This document shows positions 34,756-43,706 of a stretch of DNA of 64,000 bases, piece by piece. The translations under genes were made by a program, and so were the position numbers. Under the pieces are notes generated by a model. It was given only the letters and a program-made list of their open reading frames with translations. It was not told the origin of the DNA and did not search any database. Position 1 is the first letter of the stretch. Each line of letters opens with the position of its first letter. This DNA comes from a virus. The stretch is taken from positions 1-64,000 of IMG/VR virus record IMGVR_UViG_3300043446_005369. One strand, given 5' to 3'.

Positions 34756-36183
34756 TCAACGATTTCCTCGATATTGAATAGCATCCTTAATGCTGTTATA
34801 TTCTGCACTACTTCCTGACAAATGACCATCATCGACTACCATAACTTCATCATACCCACTTCTTTCGATTAACTTCGTTTTTACTTCTAATTGTTTCTTT
34901 TCTTTTTGTATTCTTCTTAAGAATGCATAATGTATGATTTGTGTAAAATATGCAAAGGGGTTTCTAGATTTTTCTGGATCAAAATTATGAATGTATTGTA
35001 TACAATTTCCAGTAAGAAGACCATTACCCAAAACAAAAGAATTAGTTTCTGGTTCTTCTAAACAAAATACCTCATCTTCACCATACTCTTTGATGTATCT
35101 CACCTTTGGTTGATAGTGTTCGGGTTTCGCTAAAGTAATTACATTTAAAGGTTTTCCATTTTTGAATGAGTCATCATTTTCTGTTCTTTCAATAATTCTA
35201 TGACTAATTATATGAAAACCAGCATAAGATGAATAATAAACTAACCATTCTGCAGCATCGGAATTACTAGTACTAATTTGTAATCTATTTGTTGAGGTTG
35301 TTTTATATCCATCAGCTAACCACCATCCATATATAAATCCAGCGATATATTCTGGGTCAGTTGTAAATGGCAGATCTTTAACTAGAGGGTATTTTCCAAT
35401 ATAAAAACAAGGATCACCATTAGCATGTTTTGGGTATGTGGAAGTATATCCAAAATCTGTTAATAATGCAACTATTTCATCCTTAACCGAATCTTGTTTA
35501 CATACCCGGATTCGTGCATATTTATTACCCTGCGATACTACCAAAGGATCCCCATAGGTTACGGATTTATGTCCAGAACCATCACCGTAAAGAATCCCGT
35601 GCAAAACTGCATTCTTATCATAAGTATTTTCTATAGGAGCATTCTGAAGACAATCACCTATTTTTAAATTAGTAATGACTTCATTTTTATAATATAAACA
35701 CCTATTTTTATTTCTCCTAGAGGAAACAAACCATCGATGATTCTCTGTGCATATAACTTTTTGATATACATCTTTCTCAGGAACATTGAATGATGAAAAT
35801 CCATATTCATAAAGCATTTGAGTTCCATAAGATTTAACTAATGCTTCTCTCCATTTACCGTCAATACACCTAATTGTAACTTTCTTATTTACTATCTTTT
35901 CGATTTCTATTGGCCCATATTCAATTGTAGGAATAATTGTGGATCTATGAAAACAGTTTTCAACTCCATCAGAAATCATATCATCCCTAAACATGTAATT
36001 CACAAAATTTGGCTTATAGGACAAATGAGTTGCAATCTTTAAAAAACATTCTCCAAGATAATTCGTAATCTTTGGCTTAGGTAATTTCTTTTCTTTTGCT
36101 TCTTGTAGCTTTGATCTATAAACAATTAATGCTTCTAGTAGCTCTTTATTGTTCACATAATGTTCTGATTTTTTCTTGGTCAT
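34756..36183 (-). CDS. gp55: Late transcription sigma factor, intein-containing
   Basis: HYVNNKEL, YLGECFLKIATHLS, DDMISDGVEN|CIQYIHNFDPEKSRNPFAYFTQI; likely start MTKKK at 36183; exteins total about 158 aa. Confidence 0.95.
   Translation of the reverse strand: MTKKKSEHYVNNKELLEALIVYRSKLQEAKEKKLPKPKITNYLGECFLKIATHLSYKPNFVNYMFRDDMISDGVENCFHRSTIIPTIEYGPIEIEKIVNKKVTIRCIDGKWREALVKSYGTQMLYEYGFSSFNVPEKDVYQKVICTENHRWFVSSRRNKNRCLYYKNEVITNLKIGDCLQNAPIENTYDKNAVLHGILYGDGSGHKSVTYGDPLVVSQGNKYARIRVCKQDSVKDEIVALLTDFGYTSTYPKHANGDPCFYIGKYPLVKDLPFTTDPEYIAGFIYGWWLADGYKTTSTNRLQISTSNSDAAEWLVYYSSYAGFHIISHRIIERTENDDSFKNGKPLNVITLAKPEHYQPKVRYIKEYGEDEVFCLEEPETNSFVLGNGLLTGNCIQYIHNFDPEKSRNPFAYFTQIIHYAFLRRIQKEKKQLEVKTKLIERSGYDEVMVVDDGHLSGSSAEYNSIKDAIQYRGNR
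35005..35955 (-). mobile_element. Intein in gp55 (317 aa) with LAGLIDADG-type homing endonuclease
   Basis: Begins CFHRST, block B CTENHRW, HE motifs GILYGDG and GWWLADG, ends EVFCL...LLTGN followed by Cys+1. Confidence 0.92.
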
Positions 36184-36216
36184 TGAACCTATTACTCTAC
36201 GCCTGAATGTCCGTAA

Positions 36217-36245
36217 ATTGTAGCACATTTAAAGGGGGTTGACAA
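36217..36245 (-). promoter_or_regulatory. Sigma70-like promoter for gp55-47-46
   Basis: TTGTCA (36245-36240), 17 nt, extended -10 TGc-TACAAT (36222-36217). Confidence 0.7.
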
Positions 36246-36267
36246 GACCCCCGAATCCATGTAGACT
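36239..36267 (+). promoter_or_regulatory. Divergent (antisense) sigma70-like promoter
   Basis: TTGACA (36239-36244), 17 nt, TAGACT (36262-36267); same hexamers as the gp61 promoter. Confidence 0.55.
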
Positions 36268-36300
36268 AGCTTTGTCATCGATGAAGGGTGGGTTGTGTCT

Positions 36301-36705
36301 TTAAGTTTCTTTAAGACCTTTAAAGATCTTTTCAAGATTCTTTCTAGCTTCTTCTACAGATCCTAAGTATCCCATCTTAGAAGTAATCTTGTTAGAATCA
36401 TTATGAATATCAGTTGTATCTGAACTGTCTCTTAAATAAGAATTATAAAGATCTATTAGTTTTTTATCTTTAATTTCAGTCATAGTAATGACTTTATTAA
36501 GAGTAATAATAAAGAAATCATCAGTAGAGAATTCTATCCAAGGTTTTATTTTAATATGAGTTCCATACTGATTTGTTAAAAGTTTTAAGATAACAGGATC
36601 TTGTAAAACAATAAATGTATCATCTTCTGTTTCATCTATCATAATTAATGATAGTATCTCTTCTCCTGAAATTAGTTTAAGTAAACAGTAAAATTCCTCT
36701 CCCAT
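36301..36705 (-). CDS. Conserved hypothetical protein downstream of uvsW
   Basis: LLKLISGEEI...IKPW...KMGYLGSVEEARKNLEKIF; conserved position in cyanomyoviruses. Confidence 0.8.
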   Translation of the reverse strand: MGEEFYCLLKLISGEEILSLIMIDETEDDTFIVLQDPVILKLLTNQYGTHIKIKPWIEFSTDDFFIITLNKVITMTEIKDKKLIDLYNSYLRDSSDTTDIHNDSNKITSKMGYLGSVEEARKNLEKIFKGLKET

Positions 36706-36714
36706 AGTTAATAA

Positions 36715-38178
36715 TTATTTTTGAAATGGTATATTGACAATATCATAGTTGAAGTTTTCTTCTGAATATATTTTAATTCGTTCTATTAAATGATTTAATG
36801 TGTAATTTCTTTTAGATTTATAAGTAATATCATCAGCTATATCATATAAAGTTGCTTTTGTTTTTTGATCACTTTTTCTTAAAACTCTACCGATTGATTG
36901 TAAATTGCGAATTCTAGATTTAGATGGAGAAGCAAAAATTACATTATGTAAATTTTTAATATTAATACCTGTAGAGAATGTTCCATAAGATGCAACAATA
37001 ATTGCATTATTTTCTCTTTCAGTAATTTCTCTTACTTTTTCACGATTCTCAGTATCTACTCCACCATGAACAAAAAATATTTGACGATTATTAATTTTGT
37101 TCTTATTTATTAATTCATATAAAGGTTGCCCATGAGTTTCTACTCTTGAGTATAGAATTAATGTATTACCCTTTAAATCTAGTGCAAGATTTTTGATAAA
37201 TGAATTTCTTTTCTTATGATTAATAAGATACTGAACTTCCTCTTCGTAGTTATTAAATTGTTGAGCTGAATGTTTTAACAGAAGAATATTAATATCCAAT
37301 TTGGCTAGATGACCTTTTTGCATGAGTTCATCAGTTTTTATTACTTTATATGATGGGCCAAAAAGACCTTCTAATACTAGTTTATGCACTTCTATGTCAT
37401 CTAGAGTTCCAGTAAAACCAAATCTGTATTTTGCGTCCTTCAATTTTGAAAGTATAGTTGTAAGTGACTTAGCTTTTGCTGCATGACATTCATCTACAAT
37501 TACACATTGAAATTTTTCAAAATAAGAATTAGGTAACTTAATTAATGATTGCCAAGTAGATATATAAACATTTTTATCACTAATTTTTTCTCTTCCGGAA
37601 TAAATCATATGACAATGTTGATTTGCATCCCAGCCATAATCATCGAAGTCCTTATATAGCTGAGATACTAGAGATGTTGTTGGAACTATGATTAAGATAT
37701 TATTATTTTTACTTATATAATATCTGGTAAGAGCATAAATCATCATACTCTTTCCACTTCCAGTAGGAGAAACTATAACTTTACGATTATATTTTAATGC
37801 TTCTACGATACCATTAATTTGATAGTCTCTTGGTTTGATATGAGTAATTGAATTTAAGTAATCTTTAACACCTTCAATTGTGATATTTTGATTTGCCTCG
37901 AAAGGAAGGCCATAAAATTTATTATCAACAAATTCGTAAGTGTAATTATAATCTCTACAAAATTGAACAATTCGATCTAGCAGTCCAACGTAAATTTCAT
38001 GTGTGGTTACGTTAAACATATAAATGATTCCATCCCACCATCGATTTCGATATGCTGGGGAAAATTTTGCATTTGGAACCTCAAATTTAAATGCGTCTCT
38101 TAACTCATAGTAAACATGAGGTTCTGCTTTGATTTGAAGATAAACTTCGTTCTTCTTTGAAATAATCAAGTGAGACAT
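36715..38178 (-). CDS. uvsW: SF2 RNA-DNA/DNA helicase
   Basis: PRDYQ, SPTGSGKS, VDECH, GFTGT, FSTGINI, QSIGRVLR. Confidence 0.96.
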   Translation of the reverse strand: MSHLIISKKNEVYLQIKAEPHVYYELRDAFKFEVPNAKFSPAYRNRWWDGIIYMFNVTTHEIYVGLLDRIVQFCRDYNYTYEFVDNKFYGLPFEANQNITIEGVKDYLNSITHIKPRDYQINGIVEALKYNRKVIVSPTGSGKSMMIYALTRYYISKNNNILIIVPTTSLVSQLYKDFDDYGWDANQHCHMIYSGREKISDKNVYISTWQSLIKLPNSYFEKFQCVIVDECHAAKAKSLTTILSKLKDAKYRFGFTGTLDDIEVHKLVLEGLFGPSYKVIKTDELMQKGHLAKLDINILLLKHSAQQFNNYEEEVQYLINHKKRNSFIKNLALDLKGNTLILYSRVETHGQPLYELINKNKINNRQIFFVHGGVDTENREKVREITERENNAIIVASYGTFSTGINIKNLHNVIFASPSKSRIRNLQSIGRVLRKSDQKTKATLYDIADDITYKSKRNYTLNHLIERIKIYSEENFNYDIVNIPFQK

Positions 38179-38203
38179 TCATAAAATAATCAGCTGCGAT
38201 TAT

Positions 38204-38611
38204 TTATTTGTCCATATAAACAGGTTTTCCTTGATATGTCCCGGTTTTAACTCTTCCTGATGCAGTTGGTCTGGATTTCATTGTCAGATATGCAGCTCCA
38301 ACGGGTCCTGCCCCTCTCAAATATGGAGCTGCAATTGAAGCTGCTGGAGCTAGAGTTTTGATTGCACCTCCCACAGCACCACCAACTGCTTTTCCTGTAA
38401 TATTTGTTAAAGTATTTGCAACATCACCTGCAGCACCAGTTATAGGATTAAAAGCAGATCCTATACCCTTAATAATATTCCTCGAAACATTTGCTGGATT
38501 TTGTCCACTTACACTTGGAAGACGATTCCAAATATTTCGAGCAACTTGACCTGCTTTAGGTGATAAAGAATTTGCTTGAACTTCTAAAATAAATTCTTGA
38601 AATGTCTTCAT
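38204..38611 (-). CDS. Gly/Ala-rich protein with capsid-targeting-like leader
   Basis: Starts MKTFQEFILE; CTAAATA at 38621-38627; inserted between uvsY and uvsW. Confidence 0.8.
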   Translation of the reverse strand: MKTFQEFILEVQANSLSPKAGQVARNIWNRLPSVSGQNPANVSRNIIKGIGSAFNPITGAAGDVANTLTNITGKAVGGAVGGAIKTLAPAASIAAPYLRGAGPVGAAYLTMKSRPTASGRVKTGTYQGKPVYMDK

Positions 38612-38623
38612 TTTTAATTTTAT

Positions 38624-39055
38624 TTAGTTATATCCAGCAATAAATTTAGACCACTCAATGCTGTTTTTAATCTGAAAAGATCTGTTAGAAACGGTCTTTA
38701 TGATCTCTTCTAGGAACTTCAGCATGGTGTCATAGTAGCGAACCTTCATCTCCGCTTTGGAAAGCCTCTCATCGGCCTCTAGATGCCTCTGTAAGGCGTC
38801 TTTATCCCTCACCTTGTAGGGGAATGGCTCTTGGGCATAAACCTCTGCTGCAGCCTTTCCTGAGTAGTAGTTGTAGCGTTCCAGTTTGATTCTACTTAGA
38901 GTCTCTTTTGCACGTTCTCTGAGTAGAGTTGTGGTATTATATACAGTATAATATTTTGCATGTAGTTGTGGAATTTTTAAAGATTCTTCATGCAGATTAT
39001 CGGGATCAATCACCGAATCTTTTTTCCACATTTCTTCAATATCTTCAAGTGTCAT
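38624..39055 (-). CDS. uvsY: Recombination mediator protein
   Basis: DSVID...ESLKIPQLHAKY...YYSGKA...RSFQIKNSIEW..F.AG. Confidence 0.93.
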   Translation of the reverse strand: MTLEDIEEMWKKDSVIDPDNLHEESLKIPQLHAKYYTVYNTTTLLRERAKETLSRIKLERYNYYSGKAAAEVYAQEPFPYKVRDKDALQRHLEADERLSKAEMKVRYYDTMLKFLEEIIKTVSNRSFQIKNSIEWSKFIAGYN

Positions 39056-39597
39056 AGGGGCTTGTTGTTTTTGTCAAGTATGTTGTAGATAGTATACTTG
39101 AACACTGCCTCTGTTGTAAAGTACTGTATGTCCGATTTTGTCGAATCAAACTCCAATGCAGAAAGTGAAATTGGATATAAATCTTTAAATTTAATCACAA
39201 TATTAGTATTGAAATTACTATCTAAAATTGATAGTGATCCATCACTAAACCCTTTTAATGAATCTTGATTTCCAGCATCATCTGTAATTAAATTTTTATA
39301 TTGTTGCGCAGTTTCTGGAAATCCAAGACCAGTAATCCAATTATGAATAGCACTATAATTTACAAAATCTTCATCTACTAGAAATTTAATGCTAAAATCT
39401 CCATATGAAATTTTATCTCCAGGTACATCAATATCCTTTAAATAGGTGGATTGCGTTTCTGTTGATAAAGTAATATCTGGAATTTTTGCAGAATTACAAA
39501 AGAAAGCTATTTTTGGATTTTTACTAATTGTAAATTTAAATCCTATTGGAGATAAAAAATTCCGATTTGAAATTTGATTCGCAAAAGCGTTTGTCAT
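39052..39597 (-). CDS. gp3: Tail tube terminator / tail completion protein
   Basis: NFLSPIGFKF, VPGDKISY, FLVDED, FKDLYPISLS; follows gp23 as in cyanomyoviruses. Confidence 0.88.
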   Translation of the reverse strand: MTNAFANQISNRNFLSPIGFKFTISKNPKIAFFCNSAKIPDITLSTETQSTYLKDIDVPGDKISYGDFSIKFLVDEDFVNYSAIHNWITGLGFPETAQQYKNLITDDAGNQDSLKGFSDGSLSILDSNFNTNIVIKFKDLYPISLSALEFDSTKSDIQYFTTEAVFKYTIYNILDKNNKPL

Positions 39598-39779
39598 GGA
39601 TTTTTAATTGGAACCAATCTAAATGGAGTATGAGTAACACCTCTTGCTCTAGGACCCATTTGTCCTCTTTTTGCTTTATTTAAATTATCTTGTTCTACTG
39701 ACCCAAGAGGTATTATATTATCTTTTGATATTCTTCTATTATTTGAAGCGTCTTCCAAAAATTGTTGAAAAGATTTCAT
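39594..39779 (-). CDS. Small basic protein with capsid-targeting-like leader
   Basis: 61 aa, starts MKSFQQFLED; CTAAATA at 39795-39801. Confidence 0.7.
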   Translation of the reverse strand: MKSFQQFLEDASNNRRISKDNIIPLGSVEQDNLNKAKRGQMGPRARGVTHTPFRLVPIKNP

Positions 39780-39803
39780 TTTACTTTTTATTTGTATTTA
39801 GAT

Positions 39804-39829
39804 AAAAAAAGAGCCCCTCTCGGGGCTCT
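39804..39829 (-). terminator. Rho-independent terminator of gp23
   Basis: AGAGCCCC-gaga-GGGGCTCT plus T tract, followed by CTAAATA. Confidence 0.9.
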
Positions 39830-39846
39830 AAGATTTGTGAGATTGC

Positions 39847-41259
39847 TCACATTAGATTTTGTACTTTAACTCTTCTGTAGTATACGTTAGAGTTTGCAGT
39901 AATGTTATCAGGTGAAGTAGCAGCAGTAGCACCCTTCGCAAATGGATTCGCAACAATACCATAACGAGTCTTAAATCCAATTTTTGGTTGGAAGGTTTGC
40001 TCACCAACTGCACGTACCATCTGTAGAGGTACGTATGGGCAATAGAAGAGACCTGCATCATAAGGAGAGGCACCCTTATAACCCATTACATAGAATTGAT
40101 TAGCAGAAACGTTTGCGGAATATGGGTCAATGTATACACGATACTTACCCTGAAGAATTCCAGCAAAAGTATTGCCAGTATCATCTACTTGAAGATTTGA
40201 GTTTAGAGCTGGGGTATAATCCAGAACTCCGGCCATAGTTAGTGCAGAAGCAACGTCGGCAGAGCAAAGGATCATATTACCCTTTCCTCTACGAGTTTGC
40301 TGAGCGATAGCGTTGGCATCACGCTCAATCTGGAAAATTAGACCTTTAAACTTCTCAACAGACCAACGGCCATTGGAGTCAACATCAAGGTCAAAAGTAC
40401 CAGCAGTTGCGGTATTAACTTGAGCACCAGGAACAGCAATCTTATAAATGGTACGAATGATCTCACGGTTAATCTCAGCAAGAATCTCAGTGGAGAGAAT
40501 ATTTGCGAGTTCCGCTTCAGCATTCAGACCATGAATAGCCTTTAGGTCCTGAGCAAGCTCAAGTGAGTACTCAGCTTTTAAAGCACGGCTCCTTGCAGTA
40601 ACGGTAAGCTTCTCGATTGAGAAAGCCATTTCGTTAAAGTAAGTTCCAGAACCACCATCACCGAGAGCTTCAGAATCGGCAGTAACCATGCCTTCACCAA
40701 CATTATAAGCCTGTTGATTAGCATTGGTTGCATCAAGAATTGAAGGATTGCTGCCTGAAACTGGTGATGTAGTACCAAGACCAACAGCACCGTCAATAAA
40801 TCCACGATCAAGATTACGTCCTTTATTTTGACCGGAGAAGGAAGAATCAGCTTCATTATAGAAAGCTTCAGTTCCAGTCATGTTATTATAACGGGAACGC
40901 ATTGCAAAAATTAGACCTGTGGGGCCGTTCATTGGCTGAACACCACAAAGATCATATGCAATGAGATTAGGCATTGAACGGCGAATCAGAGAGATTAGCA
41001 CTGGATCAAAACCTGCAACTGGAGTTCCAGTTGTATTTGAAGCACTACCAGTATATCCACCAGTTACACCAGCGGAACTAAAGCTTTGAGTAGGAGCTTC
41101 ATATAGGAAAGAGCGTTCTTCACGTAGTTCTCTTTCTTGGTTCTCTAACAGGATAGCGGTTACGGCTCTACGGTGTGAGTCTGAAATGCGATCCATTCCT
41201 TGATAATCAAGAATTGGTGCCCACTTCTCCTGCAGATACTCTGCGTTATACATCTGCAT
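39847..41259 (-). CDS. gp23: Major capsid protein
   Basis: LQEKWAPIL, DPVLISLIRR, GVQPMNGPTGLIFAMR, ALKAEYS, FYCPYVPL, FQPKIGFKTRYG. Confidence 0.99.
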   Translation of the reverse strand: MQMYNAEYLQEKWAPILDYQGMDRISDSHRRAVTAILLENQERELREERSFLYEAPTQSFSSAGVTGGYTGSASNTTGTPVAGFDPVLISLIRRSMPNLIAYDLCGVQPMNGPTGLIFAMRSRYNNMTGTEAFYNEADSSFSGQNKGRNLDRGFIDGAVGLGTTSPVSGSNPSILDATNANQQAYNVGEGMVTADSEALGDGGSGTYFNEMAFSIEKLTVTARSRALKAEYSLELAQDLKAIHGLNAEAELANILSTEILAEINREIIRTIYKIAVPGAQVNTATAGTFDLDVDSNGRWSVEKFKGLIFQIERDANAIAQQTRRGKGNMILCSADVASALTMAGVLDYTPALNSNLQVDDTGNTFAGILQGKYRVYIDPYSANVSANQFYVMGYKGASPYDAGLFYCPYVPLQMVRAVGEQTFQPKIGFKTRYGIVANPFAKGATAATSPDNITANSNVYYRRVKVQNLM

Positions 41260-41303
41260 TGAATTTACCTCTTAAAAGTTTTGTTTGATTTATGATTTAG
41301 AAA

Positions 41304-42473
41304 TCACTTTCTAGCGACTCTACTAAGAGTTTCTAAGTAAGCTTCCATTGCAGGAGATACTGAGGAATACTCGGTATCCCCATCATAGTAAACTTCTTCT
41401 GAAAGAATCTCTGTAGTTTCTCTTTGAGTACTAGTAGTTGAAGGGAAATAAGATTCTCTTAGTGTTACTAGCTTCTCACGATAGTTTTCTTCACCATCAA
41501 ACTCAACATTTTCGGCAAGAGAAGCGAGTTTGTCTTTTTGAGAAAGTGCAAGACCTTCTGCGACATCTGCAAAAATTACATCAGCAACTGACTCGGCTAA
41601 TCTTCTATTAAGAGCAACATTTCTTTCAATTTGCTCGTTGAGTTTTTCTTCCATTTCATCAAGTTTATCTACCATACTCTCGACAACATCATATTTATCT
41701 TCAGGTATTGATACATAATGTTCTTCAAAAAGTTGTCTCATTCCATAAAGAAATGATTCTGTCATTTGATTTTTGATACCCATTTCGACTGCAAGAGCAT
41801 TTTCTTGCATCCATTCGTCTGCAGCATATTCTAGATAAGTATCCAGACGATCTGTGAGTTCTTCTTTAATAACTTCAATTTCTTCTACGAGTGCATTCTC
41901 GTAGGTTTCTTGAAGTTGCTCTTTAATTTCTGAAACTTTAGAACGAATCGCAGCTTCAAAAATAGTGCGAGCCTTTTCTTGAAATTCTTCAGAAAGATCT
42001 TCACCATCTAGAAGAGCACTGACATCTTCATCGATATCAAATTCCTCTTCCATTTTCTTTTCTTCAGTCTCTTCGTCTTCGTCTTCTTCGTCGTCTTCGG
42101 CTTCTTCAGAAACTACGTCTTCGTCCTCATCATCTTCTAGATATTCGTCTTCATCTTCAACTTCTTCTTTCATTCCTTGACCTGGAAGTCCAACAGGAGT
42201 TGCTGAAGTACGTGGACCTTCGGCAGCTTGAGCCCTAGCATTGACTACATTTCGTACCTGTGCTAAAGTTGCTCCAGGTGTTCTGAGAACAGCTGAATCA
42301 TCATCAGGACGATAATTTTCGGGAGTAGGGCCACCTAAATCTTCCCAAGCTCCAGTTTGTCCAGGAATCATAACTCCTGATGCATTCTGTGCAATGCCTT
42401 GCATTGGATCGGCAGCTGAAGCCCCTTTGGTTACTACGTTTTCCATTTCTTGTAAATTTCTACCAACGGACAT
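41304..42473 (-). CDS. gp22: Prohead core scaffolding protein
   Basis: Highly acidic, LSEEFQEKARTIFEAA, YLEYAADEW; between gp21 and gp23. Confidence 0.95.
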   Translation of the reverse strand: MSVGRNLQEMENVVTKGASAADPMQGIAQNASGVMIPGQTGAWEDLGGPTPENYRPDDDSAVLRTPGATLAQVRNVVNARAQAAEGPRTSATPVGLPGQGMKEEVEDEDEYLEDDEDEDVVSEEAEDDEEDEDEETEEKKMEEEFDIDEDVSALLDGEDLSEEFQEKARTIFEAAIRSKVSEIKEQLQETYENALVEEIEVIKEELTDRLDTYLEYAADEWMQENALAVEMGIKNQMTESFLYGMRQLFEEHYVSIPEDKYDVVESMVDKLDEMEEKLNEQIERNVALNRRLAESVADVIFADVAEGLALSQKDKLASLAENVEFDGEENYREKLVTLRESYFPSTTSTQRETTEILSEEVYYDGDTEYSSVSPAMEAYLETLSRVARK

Positions 42474-42500
42474 TTTAGATTTCTGTTTTTAATCTATATT

Positions 42501-42508
42501 TATTTATA
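42501..42508 (-). promoter_or_regulatory. T4-type late promoter TATAAATA
   Basis: Perfect consensus upstream of gp22. Confidence 0.85.
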
Positions 42509-42510
42509 AA

Positions 42511-43161
42511 TTATAAATTTGAAAGAAACTCTTGGAACAATTTTACTTTATGTTCTTGAAGTGTTCTTTCATCAACAAGTGTATTAATTCTCTTTTTTGT
42601 GGATTCTACAAGTTTTTCCTGAAGAATACCTCCACTCCACACCCACTCTTTTCCTTCCATAATACCCTGAACAAATGCGTCAGGGGCAGAAGGATCCGCT
42701 ACAATGTCTGCAGCAGTAGCCAACATAAAATCTTCTCCAACAATTTTATGACCTTCATTAGTCATTTTTAATGATCCGACACCACGAGAAGAAACTCCCA
42801 AACATACACCTTCATGAATAAGAGATTTTGCAATCTTACCCATTGGAGTTTCAAGAAGTTGAGCCTTACCTACAAAATTTCTACCTTCTTGACGAAGAGA
42901 TACAATTTTATGTGAAACTCGATCTAAATTTACAGTAGGTCCATCAGGATGTCCTAATTCGCCAAGAGCACGACCTTTATTGATAAATGATTCTGAATAA
43001 CGATTTACTTCACGGCGAAGTGTTTCTAATGGATACATTCTTCCATTACGATTACAAATGTCTCCTTGAAGGAAAATACCTTCAATAAACATTTTTTTCT
43101 CAGATCCCTTACCTTCGGTAATGAATTTTACTTTTTGAGCTTCTTCTGTGATGAGTTTCAT
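42511..43161 (-). CDS. gp21: Prohead maturation protease
   Basis: MKLITE, NRNGRMY, ALGELGHP, GVSSRGVGS, DIVADPSAPDAFV. Confidence 0.97.
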   Translation of the reverse strand: MKLITEEAQKVKFITEGKGSEKKMFIEGIFLQGDICNRNGRMYPLETLRREVNRYSESFINKGRALGELGHPDGPTVNLDRVSHKIVSLRQEGRNFVGKAQLLETPMGKIAKSLIHEGVCLGVSSRGVGSLKMTNEGHKIVGEDFMLATAADIVADPSAPDAFVQGIMEGKEWVWSGGILQEKLVESTKKRINTLVDERTLQEHKVKLFQEFLSNL

Positions 43162-43163
43162 TT

Positions 43164-43706
43164 TTATTCTGAGACTAGGGTTACTACTTCTGCAATATTA
43201 AAGAAAGTATTTGGTTCATAAGATAAGCATGAAACCTTAACGCTTCTTGCAACTGTCGCTCCCGCAACTACTGGAGAAACTATTGATGAACTATTAAAAT
43301 CAATGGTAATTGATGAATCTGTAGACGATATAACTGGCTTATGCGTTGTGTTTATTCCAACTGTTTGAGCATTTTCAATTGTTACATAATCACCAACTTC
43401 AAATGGATTTCCTGCATTATTTCCAAAAATTAATGTAGTTGAAGTGCCAGTAGTGATACCTGAAATAACTTGTCTTTTTAGTGTTTCCTTAAGAATATCA
43501 ACACTATAGGAAGTGATATGATAGTTATTTTGTGTTGCAACTGGATTATTTCCAATTGCAATATAGCCTCCAGCACTTCCTGTAGTTGAACCAATAGTAA
43601 TTCTCAAATAACCACTCTTTAATGCAATAGGCACACTAGTTGCTGCAACTCCTACTGACGGAGTAAGCCTTGGTATATTTGTATCTTGAACTATTTTTGT
43701 GGCCAT
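43164..43706 (-). CDS. Hypothetical (probable virion) protein in head gene cluster
   Basis: 180 aa Thr/Ser/Val-rich, PFEVGDYVTI; translationally coupled between gp67-like ORF and gp21. Confidence 0.75.
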   Translation of the reverse strand: MATKIVQDTNIPRLTPSVGVAATSVPIALKSGYLRITIGSTTGSAGGYIAIGNNPVATQNNYHITSYSVDILKETLKRQVISGITTGTSTTLIFGNNAGNPFEVGDYVTIENAQTVGINTTHKPVISSTDSSITIDFNSSSIVSPVVAGATVARSVKVSCLSYEPNTFFNIAEVVTLVSE

